From Candidatus Acidiferrales bacterium (GTDB taxonomy: Bacteria > Acidobacteriota > Terriglobia > Acidiferrales > UBA7541), in assembly GCA_035279805.1 (NCBI GenBank), contig DATEHB010000125.1:1-62373 (forward strand): a stretch of 62,373 nt of DNA, written 5' to 3'. This document shows, piece after piece, positions 25,138-34,642 of the stretch. Under the pieces are notes generated by a model. The model made no database searches, had not been told where the DNA came from, and worked only from the letters and a program-made list of their open reading frames with translations. Made by a program: the position numbers and the translations under genes. Every line of letters begins with the position of its first letter. Position 1 is the stretch's first letter.

Positions 25138-26127
25138 TTACGCGTCCTGAGCGTCCGCGACAGCCGTGAAGAATGAATCGACGCGCTCAAGCACCTCGGA
25201 CGGAGTCCGCGCGGAATGCACTTCGTGCCGCAATTCTCCGCCGTTCCTGACTCCATGCGTGAACCAGCACGCGAACTGCTTCATTTTTCCAATCGCATCA
25301 GGCAGGTCCGCCGCAACCAGGCTGCGGAAATAACTCGAGAGCAGGCAGTAACGGTCCGCCTCACTCGGTTCGTCATAATGGCCCGTTGTGAAATACTGTT
25401 CCATTTGCCGGAAGATCCATGGATTGGTGGCGGCCGTGCGGCCGATCATCACCGCGTCGCATCCCGTCTCCGCGAGCATTCGCTCGGCGTCCTGAGGGAT
25501 GCGAATGTCGCCGTTGCCAATCACCGGAATTTTCACCGCTTGTTTCACACGTGCAATGATTGACCAGTCCGCTTGCCCGGAATAGGCCTGCGCGCGCGTC
25601 CGCGGATGCACTGCCACGGCTTCGACGCCGATTGCCTCCGCTATTCGCGCCACTTCCACGGCGACGATATTCGCATCGTCCCAGCCCGAGCGCATTTTGA
25701 TGGTCATCGGAATTTTCGCCGCCGCGCGCACAGCGCCGAGGACACGTTCGAGTTGATGCAAGTCTTTCAGCAGGCCCGAGCCGCCGCATTTCACGACTTT
25801 TTTCGCAGGACAGCCCAGGTTGATATCGATCTGATCGAATCCGAGGTCTTCGACAAGCGCCGCAGCCGCCGCCATGACTTCCGGATTGGCTCCAAAAAGC
25901 TGCGCCGCAATCGGATGCTCATCCTGATCAAAGTAAAGATACCGAAGCGTTTTCGCGGCGCTGCGCGTGACGCCCTCGGCGCTGGTGAACTCCGTCATGA
26001 TCAGCCCGCATCCGCCGAGACTGCGGATCACACGGCGAAAAATAGTGTCGGTCACGCCCGCCATCGGAGCGAGCAACGTCGCCGGATGAATCGAGAGGTC
26101 GCGGATTTTCAGCTCAGCGGGAAACAT
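25138..26127 (-). CDS. dus: tRNA-dihydrouridine synthase
   Basis: LAPMAGVTDTIFR, INLGCPAKKV (catalytic Cys), VHPRTR, GNGDI. Confidence 0.9.
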   Translation of the reverse strand: MFPAELKIRDLSIHPATLLAPMAGVTDTIFRRVIRSLGGCGLIMTEFTSAEGVTRSAAKTLRYLYFDQDEHPIAAQLFGANPEVMAAAAALVEDLGFDQIDINLGCPAKKVVKCGGSGLLKDLHQLERVLGAVRAAAKIPMTIKMRSGWDDANIVAVEVARIAEAIGVEAVAVHPRTRAQAYSGQADWSIIARVKQAVKIPVIGNGDIRIPQDAERMLAETGCDAVMIGRTAATNPWIFRQMEQYFTTGHYDEPSEADRYCLLSSYFRSLVAADLPDAIGKMKQFACWFTHGVRNGGELRHEVHSARTPSEVLERVDSFFTAVADAQDA

Positions 26128-26133
26128 AGCGGT

Positions 26134-26607
26134 TTACAAGGAATTCTTGCCAGTCACGGAAGCGTCCGAAAAATCCGTCGGCGCAGTCACGTTCACCGTA
26201 TCAGCAGCGTCCGAGTGGATCCTATTTATATTCGCCTCATTTGGGTTCGGGCCGGCCATCTGTGCGACGAGCGCCTCCATCGAACCGCCAAAAAAATTCT
26301 CAACGACTTGCGCAACCGCGTGCGCTCGTGCGTCTTCCTTGCTCAGGTTGGCGCGATATTTCCAAGCGCGTCCCGTGCGCTGGCGCTCCACAATCCCCTT
26401 CTGCGTCAAGCGGTCCATGATGGTCATAATGGTTGTGTAGGCGCGCGGGCGGTGTGCAGCAAGCGATTCACGAATTTCCCGCACCGTACCCTCGCCCAAA
26501 AACCACAGCGCTGTCATGCAATCCAGTTCCAACGGTGCAAGCTCCAGCAGCGAGCGCCGGCGGGCATATTGGACTTCCGGTCGCACATTCTTTGGCATTG
26601 CGGTCAT
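26134..26607 (-). CDS. BlaI/MecI/CopY-family winged-helix transcriptional repressor
   Basis: LELDCMTALWFLGEGTVREIRESLAAHRPRAYTTIMTIMDRLTQKGIVERQRTGRAWKYRANLSKEDA is the penicillinase-repressor fold pattern. There is an ATGA overlap with the upstream gene and a 6-nt gap to dus. Confidence 0.75.
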   Translation of the reverse strand: MTAMPKNVRPEVQYARRRSLLELAPLELDCMTALWFLGEGTVREIRESLAAHRPRAYTTIMTIMDRLTQKGIVERQRTGRAWKYRANLSKEDARAHAVAQVVENFFGGSMEALVAQMAGPNPNEANINRIHSDAADTVNVTAPTDFSDASVTGKNSL

Positions 26608-27665
26608 CCGGGTTTCTTTACCGCTTCCGGCACGTGCGTTCCGAACAGTCCGCCGCTCGGTTGCTGTTCGCGCGAAGGTGACGCGGCTTTGGCCTTTGGC
26701 ACGGTGGAATTCAGGTAGGCTTGCACGTTCAACAAATTGCGTCGCAAGGCGGGATTCCGCGTGCTCCAGATGTCGTCGACCGCGGTTTGGCCCAGCGTTT
26801 CGCGCATCGCGCTCATCTTCGAATCGAGATCGTCCAAATGATGAAGCAGCACCGCCTCGCGTACCGACGGCAGTTTTGGCGAGCCAAACTCATATTCGCC
26901 GTGATGACTGATGATCAAATGCTCGACAAGCGCCGCAAGCGGTTTTGGGAAATCCGGAATAGCGTCAATCCTGCGCTGTACCATGCCGAGACCGATGACG
27001 ATATGGCCGAGCAGTTGCCCTTCGGGCGTGTATCCGATCGCGCGTGAATAGCACAGCTCCCGCGTCTTGCCAATGTCGTGCAGCACGATGCCCGCCAGCA
27101 ACAAATCTCCGTCCACTTCCGGATAATGTTGCGTGACGTGCTTCGCCAGCCCGCATAGGCTGATGATGTGCTCGAGTAGTCCACCGAGATACGCATGATG
27201 CATGGTCATCGCGGCTGGGGCGCACTTCAGTTTCGCCGCACAATCGGGATCGTCGACGAAAGACATCAGAAGTCTCCGCAGCCACGAATTTTTCACGCTG
27301 GCGATTTCTTCGCGCAGTTGTGCAAACAACTTCTCCACATCGTATTTCGTCTGCGGGAGAAAATCGGCGAGCGCATAATCCGTTTCAACGGCGACCAGAA
27401 TCTGCTCAATCGTGAGTTCTTTTTCGTTGTTATAGAGCTTGACGCGACCGCGTACACGCACGATGTCTTCGCAGGCGAATGTGTCCAATAAGCCGGAGAA
27501 GTTGTCCCACATTTTTGCTTCGATGGTTCCCGTGCGGTCGGCGAGTGCAACACGAAGCCAGGACTTTCCCGTTCGCGCCGAAGTGCGAATCTCCTTTTCA
27601 CGAACCAGAAAGAGTGTCGCGACCGCTTGTCCATCCTGGAAATCCGCGATAAAGGCGGACTTCAC
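26604..27665 (-). CDS. yhaM: OB-fold + HD-domain phosphohydrolase, YhaM-like 3'-5' exoribonuclease
   Basis: N-terminal OB region (VREKEIRTSARTGKSWLRVALADRTGTIEAKMW...VRVRGRV). HD domain with HHAYLGGLLEH, LHDIGK, ISHHGEYEFGSP and HHLDDLDSK. Confidence 0.7.
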   Translation of the reverse strand: MKSAFIADFQDGQAVATLFLVREKEIRTSARTGKSWLRVALADRTGTIEAKMWDNFSGLLDTFACEDIVRVRGRVKLYNNEKELTIEQILVAVETDYALADFLPQTKYDVEKLFAQLREEIASVKNSWLRRLLMSFVDDPDCAAKLKCAPAAMTMHHAYLGGLLEHIISLCGLAKHVTQHYPEVDGDLLLAGIVLHDIGKTRELCYSRAIGYTPEGQLLGHIVIGLGMVQRRIDAIPDFPKPLAALVEHLIISHHGEYEFGSPKLPSVREAVLLHHLDDLDSKMSAMRETLGQTAVDDIWSTRNPALRRNLLNVQAYLNSTVPKAKAASPSREQQPSGGLFGTHVPEAVKKPG

Positions 27666-28774
27666 TGTTGGTCGTCCGTGTCTTTGGCTTTGTCGTCCTT
27701 CGCTTTGGCGTCTTTTTTCTTTTTGCCCTGGTCGGCGGAGTACGGGACCTCCTGAATCACGCTGGCGCCGGAAACTCCGCCAGAGTCGGTGTACCCGGCC
27801 TTCACCACCACGTAGCTATCCTTGCGCAGTTGCGTTAGGAATTTCCGCATAGCAGGCTGAATTTTTTGCTGATACAAGTCGTTTTCCACTTCTTGTTCAA
27901 CGTTGCTCAGCGGCTGCAAGCCTGCATCAAAATGCTGGTTGACGCGGAGGATTTGCAATCCGTTCGGGGCGGGAATCACATCAGTGATGTCGCCTTTCTT
28001 GAGACTGAATGCAAGTTTCTCCAGGTCCGGAGTCAGTTCGCCGCGTTTGTAACTGCCCAATTCGCCGCCTTCTGCAGAACTTGGTCCTTCCGAGAATCGC
28101 TTCGCCAGCGCCGCAAAGTCGTCGCCACTCTTCAGACGCTTGAGCACGCCTTCCGCCTTCTGTTGAATTACAGTCACTTCTTGCGGCGTTTTGTTTTCCG
28201 TGCTAAAGAAAATCACGGAGAGATCGACTCCCTCCGGCTTGACGAATTCGTTTTTGTGCGCATCATAATATTTCTGCACTTCATCGCTGCCGATGCGCAC
28301 GGTCGAGCCGACCGCTTCCGAAATCACGCGCTGCGTCAGAATGCTGTTGCGAAGCTGATCTTTGTAGTCCTCCCAGCTGATTCCCTGCGATTCGACGGCC
28401 TTCTGCAACGCGTCCATGCTATCCAGCTTATTTTGCTGGCGGACAGTGTCGAGGCGTTTCACCACATCTGTCTCCACACTGATGTCCATGTCCTTAGCGC
28501 GTTGCACAAGCAAGGACTGGTCGATCAAGTCGCGGAGTAAATTCTTTTTCCCCTCCGCCACTATCTCGTTGATCTTCTCGGGCGTGCAGCCTTGGCAATC
28601 CTGCTGAGCCTCCTGCTGGAGCGAGTTTTCCGCTTTTTGATAATCCGACATCGTAATCATGTCGTTGTTCACGCGAGCGATGATTTGCTCAACGACGCTC
28701 CCGCTGGCGTACACGAAAGCCGGAAGAAAAAACACAATCACGGCGATGGAAAACACAAATGATAGTTTTTTCAT
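27662..28774 (-). CDS. SurA-like periplasmic chaperone / parvulin-type peptidyl-prolyl isomerase
   Basis: Signal peptide MKKLSFVFSIAVIVFFLPAFVYA, a SurA_N-like region, one PPIC domain (FAALAKRFSEGPSSAEGGELGSYKRGEL...LQILRV), and a KKKKDAKAKDDKAKD tail. Confidence 0.75.
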   Translation of the reverse strand: MKKLSFVFSIAVIVFFLPAFVYASGSVVEQIIARVNNDMITMSDYQKAENSLQQEAQQDCQGCTPEKINEIVAEGKKNLLRDLIDQSLLVQRAKDMDISVETDVVKRLDTVRQQNKLDSMDALQKAVESQGISWEDYKDQLRNSILTQRVISEAVGSTVRIGSDEVQKYYDAHKNEFVKPEGVDLSVIFFSTENKTPQEVTVIQQKAEGVLKRLKSGDDFAALAKRFSEGPSSAEGGELGSYKRGELTPDLEKLAFSLKKGDITDVIPAPNGLQILRVNQHFDAGLQPLSNVEQEVENDLYQQKIQPAMRKFLTQLRKDSYVVVKAGYTDSGGVSGASVIQEVPYSADQGKKKKDAKAKDDKAKDTDDQQ

Positions 28775-28792
28775 ATGCCTCGAAGTTTATCG

Positions 28793-31700
28793 CTACGTTT
28801 GTAGTTCAAGCAACACGTTTCTTATCCCGTCCGCGATTCCTTCCGGCTGGCGTTTCCATTCCAGCCACAGCGTGCCCGCTGGGTCGAGCCGCATATCCTT
28901 GCGTGAGCGGATCATCTTCACCAGCTTTTCCGGGCGTACCGACGTGTCCGCATGCCAGCGAATCGCCACGCGGTCTCCGCGACGATCGATTGACGCGACT
29001 GACAACTTCTCGGCCAGAGCCTTGAGCAGTGCGTATTCGAGAAGGTTCTCAACCGCTCGCGGCGGCGGCCCGAAACGGTCGCGCAATTCCGCGAGCACTT
29101 CCTGCCGCGTCTCCTCGGAGGCGACGCCGGCAATTCGTTTGTAGACGCGGAGGCGCGAACCTTCATTTTCGATGTACTCGGCGGGGATTCGGATGTCCAG
29201 TCCCAGATTGAGAGTCGCGCGGCGCTCACTCTGAACCACTTCGCCTTTGCGCTCAGCGACTGCACGCTCCAGCATCTGGCAATACAAATCGAAGCCGACC
29301 GATTCGATGTGACCGTGCTGCTCACTGCCCAAAATATTTCCCGCTCCGCGCAACTCCAGATCGAGCGCTGCGATGCGAAAACCGGCGCCCAAGTCGCTGA
29401 ACTCTTTCAGCGCCGCGAGCCGCTGGCGCGCGATTCCGGAAAGCGAGCCTTCCAGCGGAACCAGCAAATAGGCATAGGCGCGTTGCGTCGAGCGCCCGAC
29501 ACGTCCGCGGAGCTGGTACAATTCGGCCAAACCGAAGCGATCCGCACGATTGATAACAATCGTATTCGCGCGCGGAATATCCAGGCCATTCTCAATGATC
29601 GTTGTAGCCACCAGCACGTCCGCTTCGTGACGAATGAACTTCATCATCACCTTGCTCAGTTCGCCTTCGCTCATTTGGCCGTGGCCGACCACAACGCGCG
29701 CCCTGGGCACGAGCTCCTTGATCATTATCGCCAGCGAAGCAATCGATTCCACGCGGTTGTGAACGAAAAATACCTGGCCATCTCGTTCCATTTCCTCGGA
29801 AATCGCCCGGCGGATCAGCGCAGTGTCAAATGGCGCGACAACTGTCTGTATGGCGAGCCGGTCTTTCGGCGGCGTTTCGATCACGGACATGTCTCGCAAT
29901 CCGACAAGCGACATGTGCAACGTACGGGGAATGGGAGTGGCTGACATCGTGAGCACGTCCACATTTTTGCGCATTTCCTTGATGCGCTCCTTGTGGGCCA
30001 CTCCGAAGCGCTGTTCTTCGTCCACAACCAGCAGCCCGAGGTCCTGGAATTTTACATCCTTCGAAAGCAGGCGATGCGTGCCGATGACGATATCGATTTT
30101 CCCGGCTTCCAGGCCGGCCAGGATCTGTTTTTGTTCGCGCGGATTCTGAAAACGGCTGAGCATCGCAATGCGTATGGGAAAGGCGGCGAAACGCTGGCGG
30201 AAAGTTTCGTGATGTTGATAGGCAAGGACTGTCGTCGGCGCGAGTATGGCCGCCTGCTTTGAATCCGCAACGACCTTGAACGCCGCGCGCATGGCTACTT
30301 CCGTCTTGCCATAGCCGACGTCGCCGCAGAGCAACCGGTCCATCGGTTGCGAGCTCTCGAGATCGCGCTTGACATCAACGATTGCGCGATCCTGGTCAGC
30401 CGTCTCTTGAAACTCGAAAGCATCCTCAAATTCTTTTTGCCACGGAGTGTCCGCGGGAAACGCGTGGCCTTCTACGGACTTGCGCTCCGCGTAAAGACGC
30501 AACAATTGCTGTGCCATGTCGTTAACGGATTTGCGGACGCGCGATTTGCGCGCTTCCCACACCTGCGCGCCCAAGCGGTCCAGCCGTGGTTCCGCGCCAC
30601 CGAGCGACTGATATTTCTGCACCAGGTCAAGACGCGTGAGTGGAACGTATACCTTGGCGTCCTCAGCGTATTCGAGAAGCAGGAATTCGCCGTTCACTCC
30701 GTCCACGCTGACCTGACGCAATCCCTGGAAGCGACCGATGCCGTGGTCGACGTGGACCACGAAATCGCCGGCCTTCAGGTCCGAAAAGTCGCTAAAGAAA
30801 CCAGCGGTCTTGGCCCGGCTGCGCGGCCGTGCCGGCGTCGCCGCAGTTTCAAATAAATCGGAGTTACCAAAGAGCGACAACTTCGCTGAAACGAATTCCA
30901 CCCCGGTTTCGAGCGGCGCTTTCACAAGCACCGCGGCGGGTACACTGCCCGCACTCGATTCGTCTGCGAGCCGTGAAGCGGTTGCGCCCTGCCCCAATTC
31001 ACCGAGCCGGAATGGCAATTCGAATTCGTGGCAGAGATCGGCGAGGCGTTCCAGTTCGCCCGTGCTCGCCGCGCTCAGGAAGATTTGCTCGGCGGAATTC
31101 AAGCGGCCTTTCAGTTCGGCCATGAATGCCGCCACGTTGCTGTGGTATCGCGTGGTCGGACGCGTTGGCAGAGTGAATTGCGATTCGCTCGTCTTTTCCA
31201 ACGCCAGCTGCTCAAGGCCAAAGCGCACCGAAGCCTGCCGGGCGCGCCGCCATTCCCCATCGTTCAAAATGTAGCTTTCGGCAGGCGCGGCGTCCGGCTC
31301 TCCGGCGGCCGCTTCGGCGAAACGAACGCGGTATTTCTCGAGCGCTGCGTTGAGCGCAACAGGTTCGTCTTCGATAACCAGAACATTTTCGCGCAGGCGA
31401 AGCAGATTCGATTCGCGTCGATCTGTGAGGAATGCCCGAAATTCCCAACCCGGGAAAAATCCGGCAGGGACTTCTGACTCTCGCCGCCCTGAACCCTCGT
31501 GGCCTGCAATTACAGGCGCACGCAGGCGTTCGAGTTGTTCGGCGCTACGCGGGCTATCCGTCAGCGGCAGCAGGGTGATTCGCTCGACGGGGCTTGTGGA
31601 ACGTTGCGTGTCCGTGTCGAATTCGCGTAACGATTCCAAAGTATCGCCAAGAAGTTCGAGACGCACGGGACGTTCAGCCTCAGGCGGAAACACGTCGAGG

Positions 31701-32269
31701 ATTCCGCCGCGCACAGCGAATTGTCCGGGCATTTCGACGGTTTCGACGGGCTCGTAACCGACGCTGGCAAGGTGCGCGAGCAATTCTTCGCGCGGAACGT
31801 CCTCACCGCGTGCCAGGGCCAAGGCGAGGCTTCGATAATATTGCGGCTCACGAAGGCGAAGAACCGCGGCCGTGACTGGCGCAATAATCAAATCTGCTTC
31901 TCCGCTCGTCAAACGCCACAATGCCGCCGCACGCGCCTCTGAAATTTCCGGATGCGGCGACTGATGATCGTAAGGCAGCACCTCGTGTGAAGGCAGCACC
32001 GTCACTTGCGCGTTCGCCCGGCCCAGCGCTCGCAAGAAGTAGAGCGCCAATGCCTCGAAGTCGTCAGCCTTCTGGTTGGATTCGACGAGGAGAATGGTCT
32101 GCTTGGAAAGTGATTGCACAGCGAGTGCCGCAAGCAGAGCCTTAGCCGGGTCGGTCAGGCCGGTCAGGACAACCTGTCGTGCGCCGCGACGCAAACGGTC
32201 AAAACACTCTTCTACTGCGTGCTGGCGTCCCACGCGGGAAAGCAGCTCGCCGACCAGGGGCAGAATCAT
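28793..32269 (-). CDS. mfd: Transcription-repair coupling factor
   Basis: 1158 aa. CarD-like RID (FVVHVDHGIGRFQGL), SF2 helicase motifs (CGDVGYGKTEVA, VVDEEQRFG) and a TRCF C-terminal domain. Confidence 0.95.
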   Translation of the reverse strand: MILPLVGELLSRVGRQHAVEECFDRLRRGARQVVLTGLTDPAKALLAALAVQSLSKQTILLVESNQKADDFEALALYFLRALGRANAQVTVLPSHEVLPYDHQSPHPEISEARAAALWRLTSGEADLIIAPVTAAVLRLREPQYYRSLALALARGEDVPREELLAHLASVGYEPVETVEMPGQFAVRGGILDVFPPEAERPVRLELLGDTLESLREFDTDTQRSTSPVERITLLPLTDSPRSAEQLERLRAPVIAGHEGSGRRESEVPAGFFPGWEFRAFLTDRRESNLLRLRENVLVIEDEPVALNAALEKYRVRFAEAAAGEPDAAPAESYILNDGEWRRARQASVRFGLEQLALEKTSESQFTLPTRPTTRYHSNVAAFMAELKGRLNSAEQIFLSAASTGELERLADLCHEFELPFRLGELGQGATASRLADESSAGSVPAAVLVKAPLETGVEFVSAKLSLFGNSDLFETAATPARPRSRAKTAGFFSDFSDLKAGDFVVHVDHGIGRFQGLRQVSVDGVNGEFLLLEYAEDAKVYVPLTRLDLVQKYQSLGGAEPRLDRLGAQVWEARKSRVRKSVNDMAQQLLRLYAERKSVEGHAFPADTPWQKEFEDAFEFQETADQDRAIVDVKRDLESSQPMDRLLCGDVGYGKTEVAMRAAFKVVADSKQAAILAPTTVLAYQHHETFRQRFAAFPIRIAMLSRFQNPREQKQILAGLEAGKIDIVIGTHRLLSKDVKFQDLGLLVVDEEQRFGVAHKERIKEMRKNVDVLTMSATPIPRTLHMSLVGLRDMSVIETPPKDRLAIQTVVAPFDTALIRRAISEEMERDGQVFFVHNRVESIASLAIMIKELVPRARVVVGHGQMSEGELSKVMMKFIRHEADVLVATTIIENGLDIPRANTIVINRADRFGLAELYQLRGRVGRSTQRAYAYLLVPLEGSLSGIARQRLAALKEFSDLGAGFRIAALDLELRGAGNILGSEQHGHIESVGFDLYCQMLERAVAERKGEVVQSERRATLNLGLDIRIPAEYIENEGSRLRVYKRIAGVASEETRQEVLAELRDRFGPPPRAVENLLEYALLKALAEKLSVASIDRRGDRVAIRWHADTSVRPEKLVKMIRSRKDMRLDPAGTLWLEWKRQPEGIADGIRNVLLELQT

Positions 32270-32742
32270 GACGGGATTTTCAAAATGCTCTCGATGATGA
32301 AAGAAGTGGAATAGCCCGGCTCCAGAGGAATCGATACGACGCGACCGCCCGTCCCTTCGACTTCTTCGCGGCCCACAATTTCATCCACGTCCCAGTCGCT
32401 TCCCTTCACTAGCACGTTGGGCAGCACGCGCTCAATGATTTCGCGTGGCGTCGGCTCGTCGAACAAGACCACATAATCGACGGCCGCGAGCGCCGCCGTA
32501 ATTTCCGCGCGTTCGTTCTCGGGAATGATGGGCCGCTCAGCGCCTTTGTTTCCGCGCACGCTGCGATCGCTGTTCAGCGCAAGCACGAGCACGTCGCCCA
32601 GTTCGCGCGCCGCTTCGAGCAGGCGAATGTGCCCGGGATGCAGAAGGTCGTAGCACCCGTTCGTGAAAACCACGCGCCGACCGCGGCTCTTTGCTTCGGC
32701 GACGTGCCGCATAAGCTCGTCTTGGGTTACGACCGTGCCCAA
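32266..32742 (-). CDS. rfaE2: D-glycero-beta-D-manno-heptose 1-phosphate adenylyltransferase (RfaE domain II type)
   Basis: The track ORF (to 33153) has an implausible N-terminus. TTG at 32742 has GGAG 7 nt upstream and gives a 158-aa protein. It carries VFTNGCYDLLHPGHIRLLEAARELGDVLVLALNSD...LVKGSDW, a cytidylyltransferase-fold RfaE-II signature. ATGA overlap with mfd. Confidence 0.85.
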   Translation of the reverse strand: MGTVVTQDELMRHVAEAKSRGRRVVFTNGCYDLLHPGHIRLLEAARELGDVLVLALNSDRSVRGNKGAERPIIPENERAEITAALAAVDYVVLFDEPTPREIIERVLPNVLVKGSDWDVDEIVGREEVEGTGGRVVSIPLEPGYSTSFIIESILKIPS

Positions 32743-32932
32743 ATTATTCTCCGTCTGACAAATTCGCGCGATTGTTCGCCCAAATTTTAGCACGTGCCGA
32801 GATTGGGCGCTGGAATGCAGTGTGTACTCGCGCAGAAACGCCTTTGCTACACGAGTTCGACCAGAGATGATTGATGCTATACTTCGATGCTGATTTGGAG
32901 AATGACCCTTCCACTGCGGCGGTGAATACCGA

Positions 32933-34111
32933 ATGAAACAAATTGCCATAGTCGGCGGCGGCCCTGCCGGTGCACTGTGCGGCGAAAGGCTCGCCGCGAC
33001 CGGCTTCAGCGTTACGCTGTTCGACGAACATCTGGCGTGGGAAAAACCTTGCGGAGGCGGCCTGACGCACAAGGCAATCGAGCGATATCCCTTCCTTCTG
33101 AGCGGCCCGCAAGTCAAAAAAGAGATCCATACCGCCGAGCTGATTTCCAGCAAAGGGCATCGGGCGCGCTTTGAAATGTCGCGTCCACTCGTGATTTACT
33201 CCCGGGCGGTGCTCAATGGACTATTGCTCGACCGCGCAGCCAGCGCTGGCTGCCAGACGGTACACGCCCGAGTGACTCGCGTGGAAACAGACGCCCAGCG
33301 CGTGACGCTTACGGCAGCCGGACTGGAACACACGGCGGATTTCGTGGTGCTTGCCGGAGGCGCGCGAAACCAGTTGCTGCCGGACACAACTCCTCTTCGT
33401 CCGCAGGATTTGGAGGTGACGCTCGGCTATTTCATTCCTGCAAAGGAGGAAACAGTCAAAATCAAATTTCTCGACCGCATGAACGGTTATCTGTGGTCAT
33501 TTCCGCGGACGGATCATTTGTCCGTGGGGATTTGTGCGACGATGGCGAAGTATACGACCCTCTCGCTGCGTCGGCTTCTCGATGATTTCATACGCGAAGA
33601 GGAAGTTTGCACCGAAGGCGCGCGTTTCTACAGCCACGTGCTGCCTTCGCCGGAACTCAGGACGCTGCGCCATCGCAAAATTGTTGGCCGGAACTGGGCG
33701 CTCGCGGGCGACGCGGCCGCGTGCGTGGATCCGATCACCGGCGAAGGATTATTTTATGCCCTTCGTTCCGGAGACTTGCTCGCGCAGGCAATTGCGGAAG
33801 ATCAGCCGGAGAGTTATCCAGCGCGCCTCCGCGCCGAATTTGTGGCGGACCTGGAAATCGCGACGCGCCTTGTGCGCCTTGTTTTTCGCGGCAGGTTTCT
33901 GGGCGGAGCGGTTACGACGCGCATGGTCCAGTTCGCGCGGCGCAGCGCGACATTTCGTGACCTGCTTCGCGATCTCTTCAGTGGTGCGCAGGACTATGCC
34001 GGTTTGCGCAAGCGGCTGTGGAAGCAATTCGGAATTACGATCGGGGAATTTACGAAAGATTTCTTCCAGGCGCCCCGCCGGAATGAATCCTCCGAACAAG
34101 GAACTCTGTGA
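32933..34111 (+). CDS. FAD-dependent oxidoreductase of the geranylgeranyl reductase family
   Basis: IAIVGGGPAGALCG (dinucleotide fold), EKPCGGGL, GYLWSFPRTDHLSVG, GDAAACVDPITGEGLFYA are GGR-family blocks. Confidence 0.75.
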   Translation: MKQIAIVGGGPAGALCGERLAATGFSVTLFDEHLAWEKPCGGGLTHKAIERYPFLLSGPQVKKEIHTAELISSKGHRARFEMSRPLVIYSRAVLNGLLLDRAASAGCQTVHARVTRVETDAQRVTLTAAGLEHTADFVVLAGGARNQLLPDTTPLRPQDLEVTLGYFIPAKEETVKIKFLDRMNGYLWSFPRTDHLSVGICATMAKYTTLSLRRLLDDFIREEEVCTEGARFYSHVLPSPELRTLRHRKIVGRNWALAGDAAACVDPITGEGLFYALRSGDLLAQAIAEDQPESYPARLRAEFVADLEIATRLVRLVFRGRFLGGAVTTRMVQFARRSATFRDLLRDLFSGAQDYAGLRKRLWKQFGITIGEFTKDFFQAPRRNESSEQGTL

Positions 34112-34554
34112 AAAAAAAATCGCGCAAACCGAAGGCGGCGCCAAAACCCAAGATAAAGCCGCAGTACAACATTCCCGGAATCGCTAAGGGCCTGCACTCT
34201 AAGATCGAGTGCGTGGTGCCCTTCGAGTGGACAATTGCGGCGTACGATTCGACTCTACCCGCTGTGTTTTCCACTCCAGCGATGATTGGCCTGATGGAGC
34301 TGGCCGCCGCGCAGGCGATTCGGCCGCATCTGCCCGCGGGAACCATTAGCGTGGGAACGCGAATCGAAGTCGATCACCTGAAAGCCGTGGGACAGGGCGA
34401 AAAGGTAGAGGCGACGGCGCGACTTACGGGAATGCGCGGAAGATTCCTCGTTTTTGAAACCGAAGCGCGAGCAGACGAGACCCTAATCGGGAGCGGAAGA
34501 GTCTTTCGTGCGATAGTGGTCACAGAGAACTTCCACAAGCGATCCGCCGAATAG
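34108..34554 (+). CDS. Hotdog-fold thioesterase (4HBT/FlK-like) with Lys-rich N-terminus
   Basis: The GTG start overlaps the upstream stop (GTGA). It carries VFSTPAMIGLMELAAAQAI...GTRIEVDHLKAVGQGEKVEATARL...FLVFETEA. Confidence 0.6.
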   Translation: MKKKSRKPKAAPKPKIKPQYNIPGIAKGLHSKIECVVPFEWTIAAYDSTLPAVFSTPAMIGLMELAAAQAIRPHLPAGTISVGTRIEVDHLKAVGQGEKVEATARLTGMRGRFLVFETEARADETLIGSGRVFRAIVVTENFHKRSAE

Positions 34555-34642
34555 AGCTGACTGTTTCTAGGCGCGACGGGATTCGGAGCACCGCGAGAAT
34601 TGCGTCATCCTTCGCAATAGTCTGGACACTAAAAATAGCGAG

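Noticed and set aside
32855-32882. A promoter candidate for the GGR-family gene (TTCGAC-16-TATACT).
   Set aside because: The -10 is good but the -35 is poor and the spacing is suboptimal, so it was not annotated as a feature.
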